Of a DNA stretch of 64,000 nt, positions 10,051 through 18,593 are shown one piece after another (the first letter of the stretch is position 1; the number at the start of each line of letters is the position of its first letter). Source of the stretch: a virus. The position numbers and the translations under genes are program-made. The DNA lies in IMG/VR virus record IMGVR_UViG_3300010885_052266, positions 1 to 64,000 of that record; one strand, 5' to 3'. The notes beneath the pieces are model-generated. The model was given only the letters and a program-made list of their open reading frames with translations. It was not told the origin of the DNA and did not search any database.

Positions 10051-10292
10051 CCGCCTTGGTATTCGAACACGATGGCTGGGTCGTCTTAACCTCATCGTGG
10101 ACCGTCGCCAGCCGGGACGAGCGAACCGTCACGATCTGCTATCAGTGGGGCGGACCAGGGATTGGCTTCTTCACCAACAGCGTCGCCAACGCGAAAGTGA
10201 AGCTGCCGATCCCGATGCGGAAGTTTCTCGACACCGTCATCCAGGACAGGATCGGCGTCGTCGATCTCCGCAAGCTCTACGCTCCGGGATGA
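10047..10292 (+). CDS. Hypothetical protein
   Basis: ATGA-coupled ORF. Confidence 0.5.
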   Translation: MTALVFEHDGWVVLTSSWTVASRDERTVTICYQWGGPGIGFFTNSVANAKVKLPIPMRKFLDTVIQDRIGVVDLRKLYAPG

Positions 10293-10348
10293 TCGGTTCC
10301 CTATAGGCAGCGGCGGTTAAAAACGCGAAAGAACGAGGTAAATAGATC

Positions 10349-11032
10349 ATGTCGGACGCTGAAGCGCGCAAAGGACGCCGTATCATGCGAGCCTTTGACG
10401 AAAATACTACCCTATGCGAACCATGTAATTTGTCGTTTATCACGCACTGGTGGAAGGTGAAGGGTGTGGGCGACGAGGTTGGTCCAGTCTGGAGCGGGGC
10501 AAGGCTAGCGTCCTGCAAAGGAACGAGCCCCGAGTGCACAGGAGCGCTCGCGGCTCTGCAAATCGTTCACGGCAAGAGAGCGGGTAGGCGAATTTTGAAC
10601 GAGGCCGTGGCAGTGGAGCGTGCCGCGATGCGCCCTGAACAGGCGGGGGGCGATCTTTCCAAGACCTCGTTCAAGCACGTCGTGGGCGGGCAATCCACGA
10701 TCCTGGACAGCGTCCGACAGTTGATCGCCGAGAACAGGCCGGAAATCGACGCCCTGGGATCAATGTGGCAAAAGGTAGAACAGGCCGTAAGGAAAGAGCG
10801 AGGGAGCCTGAAGGATATCGCCGTTCTCTATGTGCATACGCTGCAGCTCGAAATGCTCAGGCGGGCCATTTTCCGACGCAACCACAACCCCGCCGATGTG
10901 AAAACTTACCTCGAAGCGCTCGCTGAGCAGGTTGCCAGTGACGCCGACGCTATCGAAGAACATCACGCCGGCATCCGGCCGTTTTTCAATGATGGTACCT
11001 CTCCCGGCGACGAAGACGACTGGGACTGCTGA
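10349..11032 (+). CDS. Hypothetical protein
   Basis: GAGG RBS, 227 aa. Confidence 0.6.
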   Translation: MSDAEARKGRRIMRAFDENTTLCEPCNLSFITHWWKVKGVGDEVGPVWSGARLASCKGTSPECTGALAALQIVHGKRAGRRILNEAVAVERAAMRPEQAGGDLSKTSFKHVVGGQSTILDSVRQLIAENRPEIDALGSMWQKVEQAVRKERGSLKDIAVLYVHTLQLEMLRRAIFRRNHNPADVKTYLEALAEQVASDADAIEEHHAGIRPFFNDGTSPGDEDDWDC

Positions 11033-11548
11033 TCACCTGATCACGGCGGGGTCGTGCCACCAGGACCAGATGCCCTGGAATCCCCTGGCCGGCACCGGCT
11101 CATCCAAGGGCCGCACGTCCCCGAATTCCCAGCACCAGCGGCTCTCGCTGTAATCGCCCAGGAGATCGTCCCTGATCGCGCGGCCGTTGTCGAGGACTGG
11201 GCCATCGTCCGTCACCGACACGACCTGGTGGGCACCGATGAGCGTGCCAGTGGCGAGAACGGCCCCGTACGGTGGGTCTACCATGACAGAGGCCAGGATG
11301 GACGCCTCTCGCCGCGATGCGCCATAGGACGCCAGCGCGGCCTTCATCACCTCCTTGTATTCCGCGTCCGGGATACGCTTGATGCCGGCGTGGATCGCGA
11401 TGCGCTGGCCGACGAATCCCTGTCTCACGGCGTAGCGTTCGAGCGGCGACCAACTGCGAGTCTCGAACGGCTTCACGCCCAGGGCCAGCAGCGAGGCCCA
11501 TGGCTGGTGGAGCGTCAGGGCCGGCATGTGATGGTTGGCGGCGGTCAT
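11033..11548 (-). CDS. ASCH domain protein
   Basis: ALTLHQPWASL..GVK.FETRSW, IAIHAG, PVPARGFQGIW. Confidence 0.85.
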   Translation of the reverse strand: MTAANHHMPALTLHQPWASLLALGVKPFETRSWSPLERYAVRQGFVGQRIAIHAGIKRIPDAEYKEVMKAALASYGASRREASILASVMVDPPYGAVLATGTLIGAHQVVSVTDDGPVLDNGRAIRDDLLGDYSESRWCWEFGDVRPLDEPVPARGFQGIWSWWHDPAVIR

Positions 11549-11862
11549 AGGTCTCGCGTCCTCCTGCGCTTGGCCCGCGGTGGCGGGATGATCTGCGGCC
11601 CCCCATCTCCCGTGCGGCCGGTCCCTTCCTCGTCAGGCTCCCTGGGCGCCGGCAGGACGGGGGTGGCCATCTCAAGCTGCTTGGTCAGTTCCATGAACTG
11701 CCTCACGCCCCGCAGGACCTGCCGGGCCGAGTCAGCGCGCGCCCTGGCGACTGGGATGGTGATCTTGCCTGCGCGGAGCAGCTCGTAATCCTCCAGCAGG
11801 TGGTCCACGAACCGGCCCAGGTCGAACCGTTCCGTGAGCGGGCCAATCAATTCGTCAGGCAT
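11545..11862 (-). CDS. Hypothetical protein
   Basis: Coupled ORF. Confidence 0.55.
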   Translation of the reverse strand: MPDELIGPLTERFDLGRFVDHLLEDYELLRAGKITIPVARARADSARQVLRGVRQFMELTKQLEMATPVLPAPREPDEEGTGRTGDGGPQIIPPPRAKRRRTRDL

Positions 11863-12274
11863 GCTTTCCCTCCAGGCGGCGAATGGCTGCGTTCGCGATG
11901 TTGATCATCTCCTGATCCCGCCAATCCATCCTGTTGGTCGGCACCATTGGCCCGGCAGTACACTTGAAGCAGGCACGCAGGTTCCACACTTCGCGGGGGC
12001 TGCCGCGCATGCTCCACCTGTCGTTTTCGGTCTCGCAGAGCCGGCACCGCACCTTCGGGCGCTCCGACTCGCGTTCCGGTGGAATCACCTCTTCCCAGTC
12101 GATTGTGATCTTGATCTTCTCGCGCTGGGCCTCTGTGATAGCTCGGATGCGGTCGTTGTTGCGCACGATGGTCCAGAACGCGGCCTGCCGGGCCAGTCGC
12201 TTGGCCTTTGCCGCGGCGGCCAGTGCCTTGCCGTGCTCGGTGAGGACCAGGAAGGGGCCGTCGGTGGCCCCCAT
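11855..12274 (-). CDS. Hypothetical protein with two CxxC motifs
   Basis: CRLC...CFKC. Confidence 0.5.
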   Translation of the reverse strand: MGATDGPFLVLTEHGKALAAAAKAKRLARQAAFWTIVRNNDRIRAITEAQREKIKITIDWEEVIPPERESERPKVRCRLCETENDRWSMRGSPREVWNLRACFKCTAGPMVPTNRMDWRDQEMINIANAAIRRLEGKHA

Positions 12275-13113
12275 TACACGGGCGCCACTGGCGGCACGCC
12301 CTGCTCCTGACCAACCGGGATGAGCCCGGATCGGAGGGTCGAGACAGAGGCTTCCGCCGCGGCAGGACCGCTACTCGGCTCCGTTGCGATGTCCGGCTCG
12401 ACCGGGGGAGGCGGTTGGACCGGCGCCTTTCGCCCCATGACCTGGTCCATCACACCGGGGTCCTGCTTCGCCGGCGAGATGTAGCTGACCTGTAACTGGT
12501 AGGAGCGCCATACTCCATCATTACCATCGATGTCGGACTTCCGGGTCACCTCGACGGCGCCCAGATTCAGGAGCATACGAGCGAGGCTTTGAAGCGCCCT
12601 GTCGGTCTCTCCGACCAGATAGGGCGGGAGCCGGCTCGCAACGTCGTCCCTGACGGCGAAGGTCCAGTTCGCTTTGGAGAATCGCTCGGGCGGCAGCAGC
12701 TGCGGGAAGAACAAGCCTATTTCCCGGGCCGCCGCCTCGACTGAGTCGGAGCCGTGCAACCCATTCGCGGCTTTCTCGGCCGGATCGCCGTAAAGGTGGC
12801 GGAGATGACCCGGGCGCCGATCCTCGATCGACGCTGGACCGATCAGGGCTCGCCACACCTCGACAGCGTAGACGCGCTCCAGCACCAGCAGGATGGCGGG
12901 TTGATCCGGTGCAACGATGCTTGACATGAGGCGCCCGAAGTAAGCCGCCGTCTCATGGACCTGATACAGGTCAGTTGCCTGCCTCGTGGTGATCGGTGCC
13001 TGTAGCGCGCGAACGATCGTGAAATCGGCATCGAGGACGTGCTGCATGATCGCCCCGGCATGGCCCGCGGCCACTGCGCCTGGTTTGATCATGGCAAAAG
13101 TGCGTTCGGTCAT
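12274..13113 (-). CDS. ndk: Nucleoside diphosphate kinase with C-terminal extension
   Basis: ERTFAMIKP, WRALIGP, NGLHGSDS (catalytic His), AAREIGLFF. Confidence 0.9.
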   Translation of the reverse strand: MTERTFAMIKPGAVAAGHAGAIMQHVLDADFTIVRALQAPITTRQATDLYQVHETAAYFGRLMSSIVAPDQPAILLVLERVYAVEVWRALIGPASIEDRRPGHLRHLYGDPAEKAANGLHGSDSVEAAAREIGLFFPQLLPPERFSKANWTFAVRDDVASRLPPYLVGETDRALQSLARMLLNLGAVEVTRKSDIDGNDGVWRSYQLQVSYISPAKQDPGVMDQVMGRKAPVQPPPPVEPDIATEPSSGPAAAEASVSTLRSGLIPVGQEQGVPPVAPV

Positions 13114-13156
13114 CTGTGTGTCTCCCCGGTACGGGTGTTGGTTTGGGCGCGGTCGA

Positions 13157-13504
13157 TCAGGCCCGCTTCAGCTTGGCCAGCTCGGCAAAGGGATCGGGCT
13201 TGACGGTGATCTGCTCTGGCAGCGGAGGAGGTCGCTCTCTCTGCCCCGAGGGCCGCCGCGTCTCGTCGCTAGTGCCTTGGCGTTTCGTGGCGGGGCGGGT
13301 CACACCCAGTTTCCGGCGCAGCTCGGCACAGGCGATGCGCGGCCCGGCGTCACTGCTCGGCGTGCCAGAGAACACGAATTCCGACGCCTTCCCTTGGAAG
13401 ACGAAGGTGACGCAGGGATGCTTGCGCTTGTGGCCCAGCGCGATGTTCGTGGCGCCGGCACGCTGCAGCTCGGCCACGATGGCGCGCTCGATCGGCGAGG
13501 TCAT
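13157..13504 (-). CDS. Hypothetical protein (possible HicA-like fold)
   Basis: KHPCVTF...FSGTPS pattern. Confidence 0.45.
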   Translation of the reverse strand: MTSPIERAIVAELQRAGATNIALGHKRKHPCVTFVFQGKASEFVFSGTPSSDAGPRIACAELRRKLGVTRPATKRQGTSDETRRPSGQRERPPPLPEQITVKPDPFAELAKLKRA

Positions 13505-13827
13505 GTGCGATAGACCTTCTCGCGGATCGTATCCAGGGACGCGTCCTGCTTCTCGCTGACCCTGACCGCCCGGCCTTGGCTCAAGACCTTGGCCTGCACG
13601 CTCGACAGGAAGTTCTTTTCCCAGTCGTTCAGGCGGGCGCAGGGCGCTGCGTCCCGCAGGAGTTCGACCAGCTCGGCATAGTCCCGGTCGTTCAGCTCAC
13701 CATCGGGCGGGTCCTCGCCTCGCTCGATCCGCTCGCGCCGTTCCCGTTCGGCCCTGACCTGCTGGCGTGAAACATACGGGTCGACACCGCCGCGCAGGGC
13801 TACCCTGTGGGATATCGAGGTGGTCAT
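13501..13827 (-). CDS. Hypothetical phage protein
   Basis: LNDWEKNFLSSV...SEKQ motif common in phage proteins. Confidence 0.6.
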   Translation of the reverse strand: MTTSISHRVALRGGVDPYVSRQQVRAERERRERIERGEDPPDGELNDRDYAELVELLRDAAPCARLNDWEKNFLSSVQAKVLSQGRAVRVSEKQDASLDTIREKVYRT

Positions 13828-14007
13828 CGCATCGCTCCGGTCGGCGAGGCCCCCTGGGCGCTGGTGGGCAGGAAAGTGCCCGGCCTGCCCCGCCTCTCAC
13901 GTTCGGCTGCGGCCAGGAGCTTTGCTGCGTCCGTGAACTTGAATTCGACACCATTGGGTTCGCGGCGGATCATCGCCTCGATCTTGAGTGCGCCTGGTAC
14001 GATCTTG

Positions 14008-14616
14008 TCAGCCATCTTTTGTCGCTCCCGTTTCGTTGAACTTCGTTGCTTCGTTGCCCCACGAGTCCCAGCCCTCGGCCGCCTCGCGGGCGAACAGCTC
14101 GCAGCGTGGGCCGGGCCACAGAGTCTCCAGGTCCTGGCGCATCCGGTCTGGCTTCCTGGAATGCTCGCGGACCGGCGCGACGATGAGATTGCGGACGTTC
14201 CTGACCTGTTGGACCGGCTTGCCGCGCGTCCCGAGCAGGAAGAATTCAGCGGCAGACCGGTAGCAATAGCCTGTGCCGAAGGCCCACTTGGTGTCCGTGC
14301 TGCTGCGCTTGGCCCATGCGCCGGCCGTCTTGTAGGTGAACCCCCATTTGCCGATCAGCTCGATCGCGAGCGGGAGCAGCGGGGCCGTGGCCCACATGAC
14401 CAGGGCGCACCCATCCTGGTGCGCCAGAGCGCCGACCGGCAGAGCGGCGAGCTGATCGCGCGACATGCAGTCGTAATGGGCGAGAGGGTTCTTCTTCTCG
14501 CCCGCGGCGGAGTAGTTCTTGAAGAACGAGGGCGGATCGACCAGCACGATCCGGTAATGCCCCTCCCGCAGATCGCCGAAGGGCCATGACGCATCCAGGG
14601 TGCCGGGAGACGTCAT
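14008..14616 (-). CDS. MT-A70 family adenine methyltransferase
   Basis: VLVDPPS (DPPW-like), WGFTYKT, REHSRKPD, ELFARE..GWDSWGNE. Confidence 0.9.
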   Translation of the reverse strand: MTSPGTLDASWPFGDLREGHYRIVLVDPPSFFKNYSAAGEKKNPLAHYDCMSRDQLAALPVGALAHQDGCALVMWATAPLLPLAIELIGKWGFTYKTAGAWAKRSSTDTKWAFGTGYCYRSAAEFFLLGTRGKPVQQVRNVRNLIVAPVREHSRKPDRMRQDLETLWPGPRCELFAREAAEGWDSWGNEATKFNETGATKDG

Positions 14617-14630
14617 GGCCCTGGCCTCCG

Positions 14631-14972
14631 TCAGGCCTCCGCTGCCTTGGGGCTCGTCGTTGCTGCCGTCGGCGTCTCGGCGGGCGCCGGCGCGGGATCA
14701 AGGGTGACCTGTCCACCAATCACGGGGATCTCCACTGGCTGCGGGCCGGCGGGCGGAACCGGCGCGGCGGCGACGGGCTGGTTGCGGGGTGTTTCCAGGC
14801 AGGAGATGATGCGGTCCGGCCCGAGATGGTAGTTCAGGGTCTCGCCGTCATCGAGCGTGGCGACCGTCCGACTCTGGCCGGTAGGTGTTCCGGTGTCGTC
14901 GAGGATATGCTCGACGACGTTGATCAGTCCGTTGTTCGCTTTCGCGCTCGTGATGATGACCTGGGATGACAT
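14631..14972 (-). CDS. Hypothetical protein
   Basis: ATG 14972 after an AGGAG RBS. Confidence 0.55.
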   Translation of the reverse strand: MSSQVIITSAKANNGLINVVEHILDDTGTPTGQSRTVATLDDGETLNYHLGPDRIISCLETPRNQPVAAAPVPPAGPQPVEIPVIGGQVTLDPAPAPAETPTAATTSPKAAEA

Positions 14973-15113
14973 GCGCCTCTCCTGCGGGTGACTCGCGACC
15001 TTACCAAAACTGGCAGAGCCTTGATTTTGCACAATTCAATACCATATATCAATGTGCATAAACATTTTAATGTTATATCCGCGCGCGGCGCAAGCCGTAA
15101 ATTGCCTCCCACA

Positions 15114-15169
15114 AGCCTTGCCTGCCCCATGGCAGGCGTGACCAGCCGCCACAACGCGGCTGAAAGGCT
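15114..15169 (+). ncRNA. Hammerhead-like three-way junction (type III topology) covering the RBS of ORF 15175
   Basis: AGCCT-T-[GCCTGCC ccat GGCAGGC]-GTGACC-[AGCCGC cacaac GCGGCT]-GAA-AGGCT. Confidence 0.55.
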
Positions 15170-15174
15170 CTGAA

Positions 15175-15489
15175 ATGAACTTACCGCTCCATACCGTGCC
15201 GTCTCTGGGCACAATCGCGGCCCGCTCCCTGGCCACCAACGTGCCGCTTGCGGCAGCGGTGGCGCTGTGCGCGGCCGCTATCCTGATCGTGACCCAATGG
15301 ACACCATCCTGGGTCCGCTCGCGGCTCTTCCTGCGCTCGCTCACGGCGAGCCATGTCCCCGCGACGCTCCTGAACGAGTATCTCGAAACGGCCGACCCGA
15401 TCGCTCGGGCCAGGCGGGACATCCTCTCGCCCGATCTTGACCCCGAGATCGTGGCTGAGCTGCGCAAGGCTCTTGCCGCCGCAGCATGA
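15175..15489 (+). CDS. Hypothetical protein with N-terminal hydrophobic segment
   Basis: ORF directly after the junction motif. Confidence 0.55.
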   Translation: MNLPLHTVPSLGTIAARSLATNVPLAAAVALCAAAILIVTQWTPSWVRSRLFLRSLTASHVPATLLNEYLETADPIARARRDILSPDLDPEIVAELRKALAAAA

Positions 15490-15526
15490 CAGACCGGCCC
15501 GTGGCTCAGCGCCACGGGCCGCGCTG

Positions 15527-15586
15527 CTTCCTACCCCGCCACCGGCGGGGCTGATGCGCTGCTCAGTTGAAGCGGCCGAAAGGAAG
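15527..15586 (+). ncRNA. Hammerhead-like three-way junction (type III topology) covering the RBS of ORF 15590
   Basis: CTTCCT-A-[CCCCGCC acc GGCGGGG]-CTGATGC-[GCTGCT cagttga AGCGGC]-C-GAA-AGGAAG. Confidence 0.6.
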
Positions 15587-15589
15587 ACA

Positions 15590-16336
15590 ATGACCACCCC
15601 ACAGCGCACAATCGTGCGCGCCAACAAACTGATGGCCATCGAGCCATTCCAGTCATCCGAGGAGACTCGATACTATCTCAACTGCGTTCATATCGAACCG
15701 CACGCCGAAGGCGCGATCCTGGTTGCCACCGACGGTCACACCCTGGCCGCCATACTCGACCGGGACGCCCATGTGGCCGGCCTACCCGCGATCTGGGATC
15801 ACCAGATCAAGGGCCGGGTCGGAAAGCGCCTCTCGGCTTGGGCCAAGGCGAATCCGGAGCGCACCATCTGGTGCGATATGCAGCTCAGGCACCCGAACGG
15901 GAACCCTGACATGCTGTCCATCGTCGCGGCCGATAACCCCCAGCAGATACTGCTGGGCAACGGCCAGACGTTGCTGCAGCTGCCCGAGCGCCTCTGGATT
16001 GACGGGACGTTCCCCGAATGGCGGCGAACCGTGAAGCCGATGCCCCCCGAAACGCGCACCAAAGCGCCGAACATCTCGGGGTCTTATATGAAACGCTGTG
16101 TCGACTTCTTCGTGGCTATGACTAGCGAACGGGACGTGCCCATCACGCTGCACCAGACAAACCCTACCGGCCCTTTCCAGGCCGGCCCTGTCCGGGTCAC
16201 ATCCCCAGGGGTCCATGACGTGTTTGTCCTGGTCATGCCGATGGGCAGTGCCCCTCCGACGGAAGCAGAATTCCACCCCTACTGGCTGGAGCTGCCCGGA
16301 GACGCGCAAACCGAAGAGGTGGCACGAGTCGCCTGA
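15590..16336 (+). CDS. DNA polymerase III beta-clamp-like protein (partial, about two domains)
   Basis: RYYLNCVHIE, LVATDGHTLA, IDGTFPEWRR, VLVMPM. Confidence 0.75.
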   Translation: MTTPQRTIVRANKLMAIEPFQSSEETRYYLNCVHIEPHAEGAILVATDGHTLAAILDRDAHVAGLPAIWDHQIKGRVGKRLSAWAKANPERTIWCDMQLRHPNGNPDMLSIVAADNPQQILLGNGQTLLQLPERLWIDGTFPEWRRTVKPMPPETRTKAPNISGSYMKRCVDFFVAMTSERDVPITLHQTNPTGPFQAGPVRVTSPGVHDVFVLVMPMGSAPPTEAEFHPYWLELPGDAQTEEVARVA

Positions 16337-16346
16337 TTTGGTGTAA

Positions 16347-16448
16347 TGAAACCCGCTCCGGCGGGTCGCCCCATAAGGGCTTGATAATACAGAAAACACC
16401 CCCATATCTATTAGGCATACCGGACCGAATAGCCGGTCCTGGCGAACC
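16347..16448 (+). repeat. About 102 bp direct repeat (copy at 17229..17330) starting with a GAAA double-hairpin motif
   Basis: Near-identical sequence at offset 882. Confidence 0.9.
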
Positions 16449-16449
16449 T

Positions 16450-16783
16450 GCTCGGATTACACATCACAACGACTACCGAGCCCGTCGCGCCGCAAGGCGA
16501 CGTTCTGCCTTCCGATCCCAGTATTGGACCCGATCGATGAGGCGCAGAATAGCGCGCTTGTCCCATAGGACTGGGAGATGACCAGCGGTGCGAGACGTGC
16601 CTAGCTGATATCCAACCACGAAAGCCGAGAGTGGCCCATCCATTGGTGTCCGAACCCTCGGCACTGCGGACCCAGTTCCGCACTGACAAAAACCCCCACT
16701 GAAAGGAGAAATCCTCCAATTCAGAAACCCGCCGGTCCTCCCCTCGCGGCGGGTTCCACAGGCGCAATCCCTGTGGCTGATGA
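16450..16783 (+). ncRNA. Candidate structured ncRNA, copy 1
   Basis: No convincing ORF; hairpins covary with 17635..18057; contains GAAA motifs at 16620 and 16724, the latter ending in CTGATGA. Confidence 0.55.
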
Positions 16784-16841
16784 ACATATCTGCGCGTGCG
16801 CCCGTCACGAGAACACCGGGCCGAAACAGAGGATGAAATCC

Positions 16842-17231
16842 ATGAACATCTCCATCCCCGAGCAAGCTGCGAAACCCGCCAAGGCGCCAAAGCCGACGCG
16901 GGTTGCGAAACCCACCAAGCTGCCGCAGCCGACTCTGTCATCTAAGCCCGTCCCGGCGCGTGCGCCGTCGTTGCCGCAGGACCCACCGCCGGGCGAATGG
17001 CCGGCGGGCACCGAGGCGACGATCCGCCGCACATGGGCGCAGCTGAAGCAGATCGGCGAGGCCTGCGGCGTGGTAATGAGGGACTTGTATGACATCGACC
17101 GGCTGAACAAGCGGCGGGCGGAGTTGAAAATGCCGCCGGTCTACGCTCGATTGGCCAAGCTGTCTGCGTCATACGGTGCTTTCGCGTCTCAACCCAACCG
17201 CCTTGATCTTCAAGAGTTGGAACTCGACTGA
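16842..17231 (+). CDS. Chimeric ORF: start of ORF 18116 fused to a copy of the C-terminus of 8523..9404
   Basis: 16722..16862 matches 17996..18136; 16862..17172 is an inverted copy of about 8524..8830. Confidence 0.6.
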   Translation: MNISIPEQAAKPAKAPKPTRVAKPTKLPQPTLSSKPVPARAPSLPQDPPPGEWPAGTEATIRRTWAQLKQIGEACGVVMRDLYDIDRLNKRRAELKMPPVYARLAKLSASYGAFASQPNRLDLQELELD

Positions 17232-17477
17232 AACCCGCTCCGGCGGGTCACCCAATAAGGGCTTGATAATACAGAAAACACCCCCATATTTATTAGGCAT
17301 ACCGGACCGAATAGCCGGTCCTGGCGAACCCCCGATGGGGGCTTGAAGCCAGCACCGTTCAAGAGTCCGGTCGGCGCGGCGATCATCGCCGATCCCGATT
17401 TTCCCTATCACCTTTGCGTCCCAAGGCAGGCCGAGTTTCTGCCGGCGCACACGGGACGGCCCGGGTCACGCGCCAAT

Positions 17478-17610
17478 CCGGCGGAATACCCCCGGAATAA
17501 CCCGGAATTATCCGGTTTTTCGCCGGTTTTTAGACAAAATCCGGCGGATATAGCAGATATATTCAGGTGTTTACTTGAATTACTGCGATTATCCACAATA
17601 TATACTATAC
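17478..17610. promoter_or_regulatory. AT-rich segment with a DnaA box, short CGGAAT/CCGGTT repeats and a sigma70-like promoter
   Basis: TTATCCACA at 17589-17597; TTGAAT at 17575 and TATATACT at 17599. Confidence 0.45.
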
Positions 17611-17634
17611 CAGAGCGGAACAGCCCGCTCCCCT

Positions 17635-18057
17635 ACTCGGATTACACACGACCAAGACTACCGAGTCAGTCGCACCAAAAGGCTGCGCCATTCTCCCCTT
17701 CCGATCTCCAATCATTGGAACCGATCGCCGAGGCCGGCAGAATGAGCGCGGACCCCGTAGGGACGGGACGAGTCGATAGTGCGAGACGTGCCTAGCTGAT
17801 ATCCAAAGCCGAAAGTCGAGAGTGGCCCATCTACCGGTGTCCGAACCCTCGGCTCTGCGGACCCCCGTTCCGCATTGAAGCAACCTCCAAAGCCGAAAGT
17901 CGAGAGTGGCCCATCTACCGGTGTCCGAACCCTCGGCTCTGCGGACCCCCGTTCCGCATTGAAGCAACCTCCAACTATGAAAGGTTCTTGCAATCCAGAA
18001 ACCCGCCGGTCCTCCCATCGCGGCGGGTTCCACAGGCGCAATCCCTGTGGCTGATGA
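17635..18057 (+). ncRNA. Candidate structured ncRNA, copy 2, with an internal 84 bp tandem duplication
   Basis: Homologous to 16450..16783; 17802..17974 is 2 x 84 bp; GAAA motifs at 17811, 17895 and 17998. Confidence 0.55.
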
Positions 18058-18115
18058 ACATATCTGCGCGTGCGCCCGTCACGAGAACACCGGGCCGAAA
18101 CAGAGGATGAAATCC

Positions 18116-18406
18116 ATGAACATCTCCATCCCCGAGAACGCGGTCACCGACGCTGTGGCCGCCGCGATCGAACGCAATCCCCTGGTGGCCGGCATCGTTG
18201 CCGGCGCCGCGGTCGCCACGGTCGCGGTTCTCGCCGCACCTGGTCTCTACCGCCTCGCCCGATCCGGCGCGGCAGCAGTGGCCGACACCGCCGATCATCT
18301 GGCATCCCGCTTGCGGGGCGCCTTTCGTCGGAACCCCCAGCCGGACATGAACAAGCCCGGCCCCACGGTCGCCGCCGACGACTTCGTCGATGCGGCGGCC
18401 GCCTGA
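18116..18406 (+). CDS. Small predicted membrane protein
   Basis: AGAGGA RBS; hydrophobic LVAGIVAGAAVATVAVLAA. Confidence 0.6.
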   Translation: MNISIPENAVTDAVAAAIERNPLVAGIVAGAAVATVAVLAAPGLYRLARSGAAAVADTADHLASRLRGAFRRNPQPDMNKPGPTVAADDFVDAAAA

Positions 18407-18414
18407 ACGATACC

Positions 18415-18448
18415 AAAGCCCTTCGAGTCACCCGACTCGGAGGGCTTT
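18415..18448 (+). terminator. Strong hairpin, probable terminator
   Basis: AAAGCCCTTCGAGTC accc GACTCGGAGGGCTTT. Confidence 0.6.
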
Positions 18449-18508
18449 CGTCGTTTCCGGGGCTGGACACGGGATCGGCGACGCCTCAGCAACAGGGCGC
18501 AGGGATGC

Positions 18509-18593
18509 CCCGGGGTAGCTCAGCGGTAGAGCGAGGGGTCCGCCTTCACGGCGTGCGACGTCAGGGTCGCCGGTTCGATTCCGGCCCCCGGTC
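18509..18593 (+). tRNA. tRNA-like element with canonical D, T and acceptor arms but an aberrant anticodon arm
   Basis: TAGCTCAGCGGTAGAGC D-arm, GCCGG TTCGATT CCGGC T-arm, CCGGGG/CCCCGG acceptor; 36 nt between D and T arms; no encoded CCA. Confidence 0.6.
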
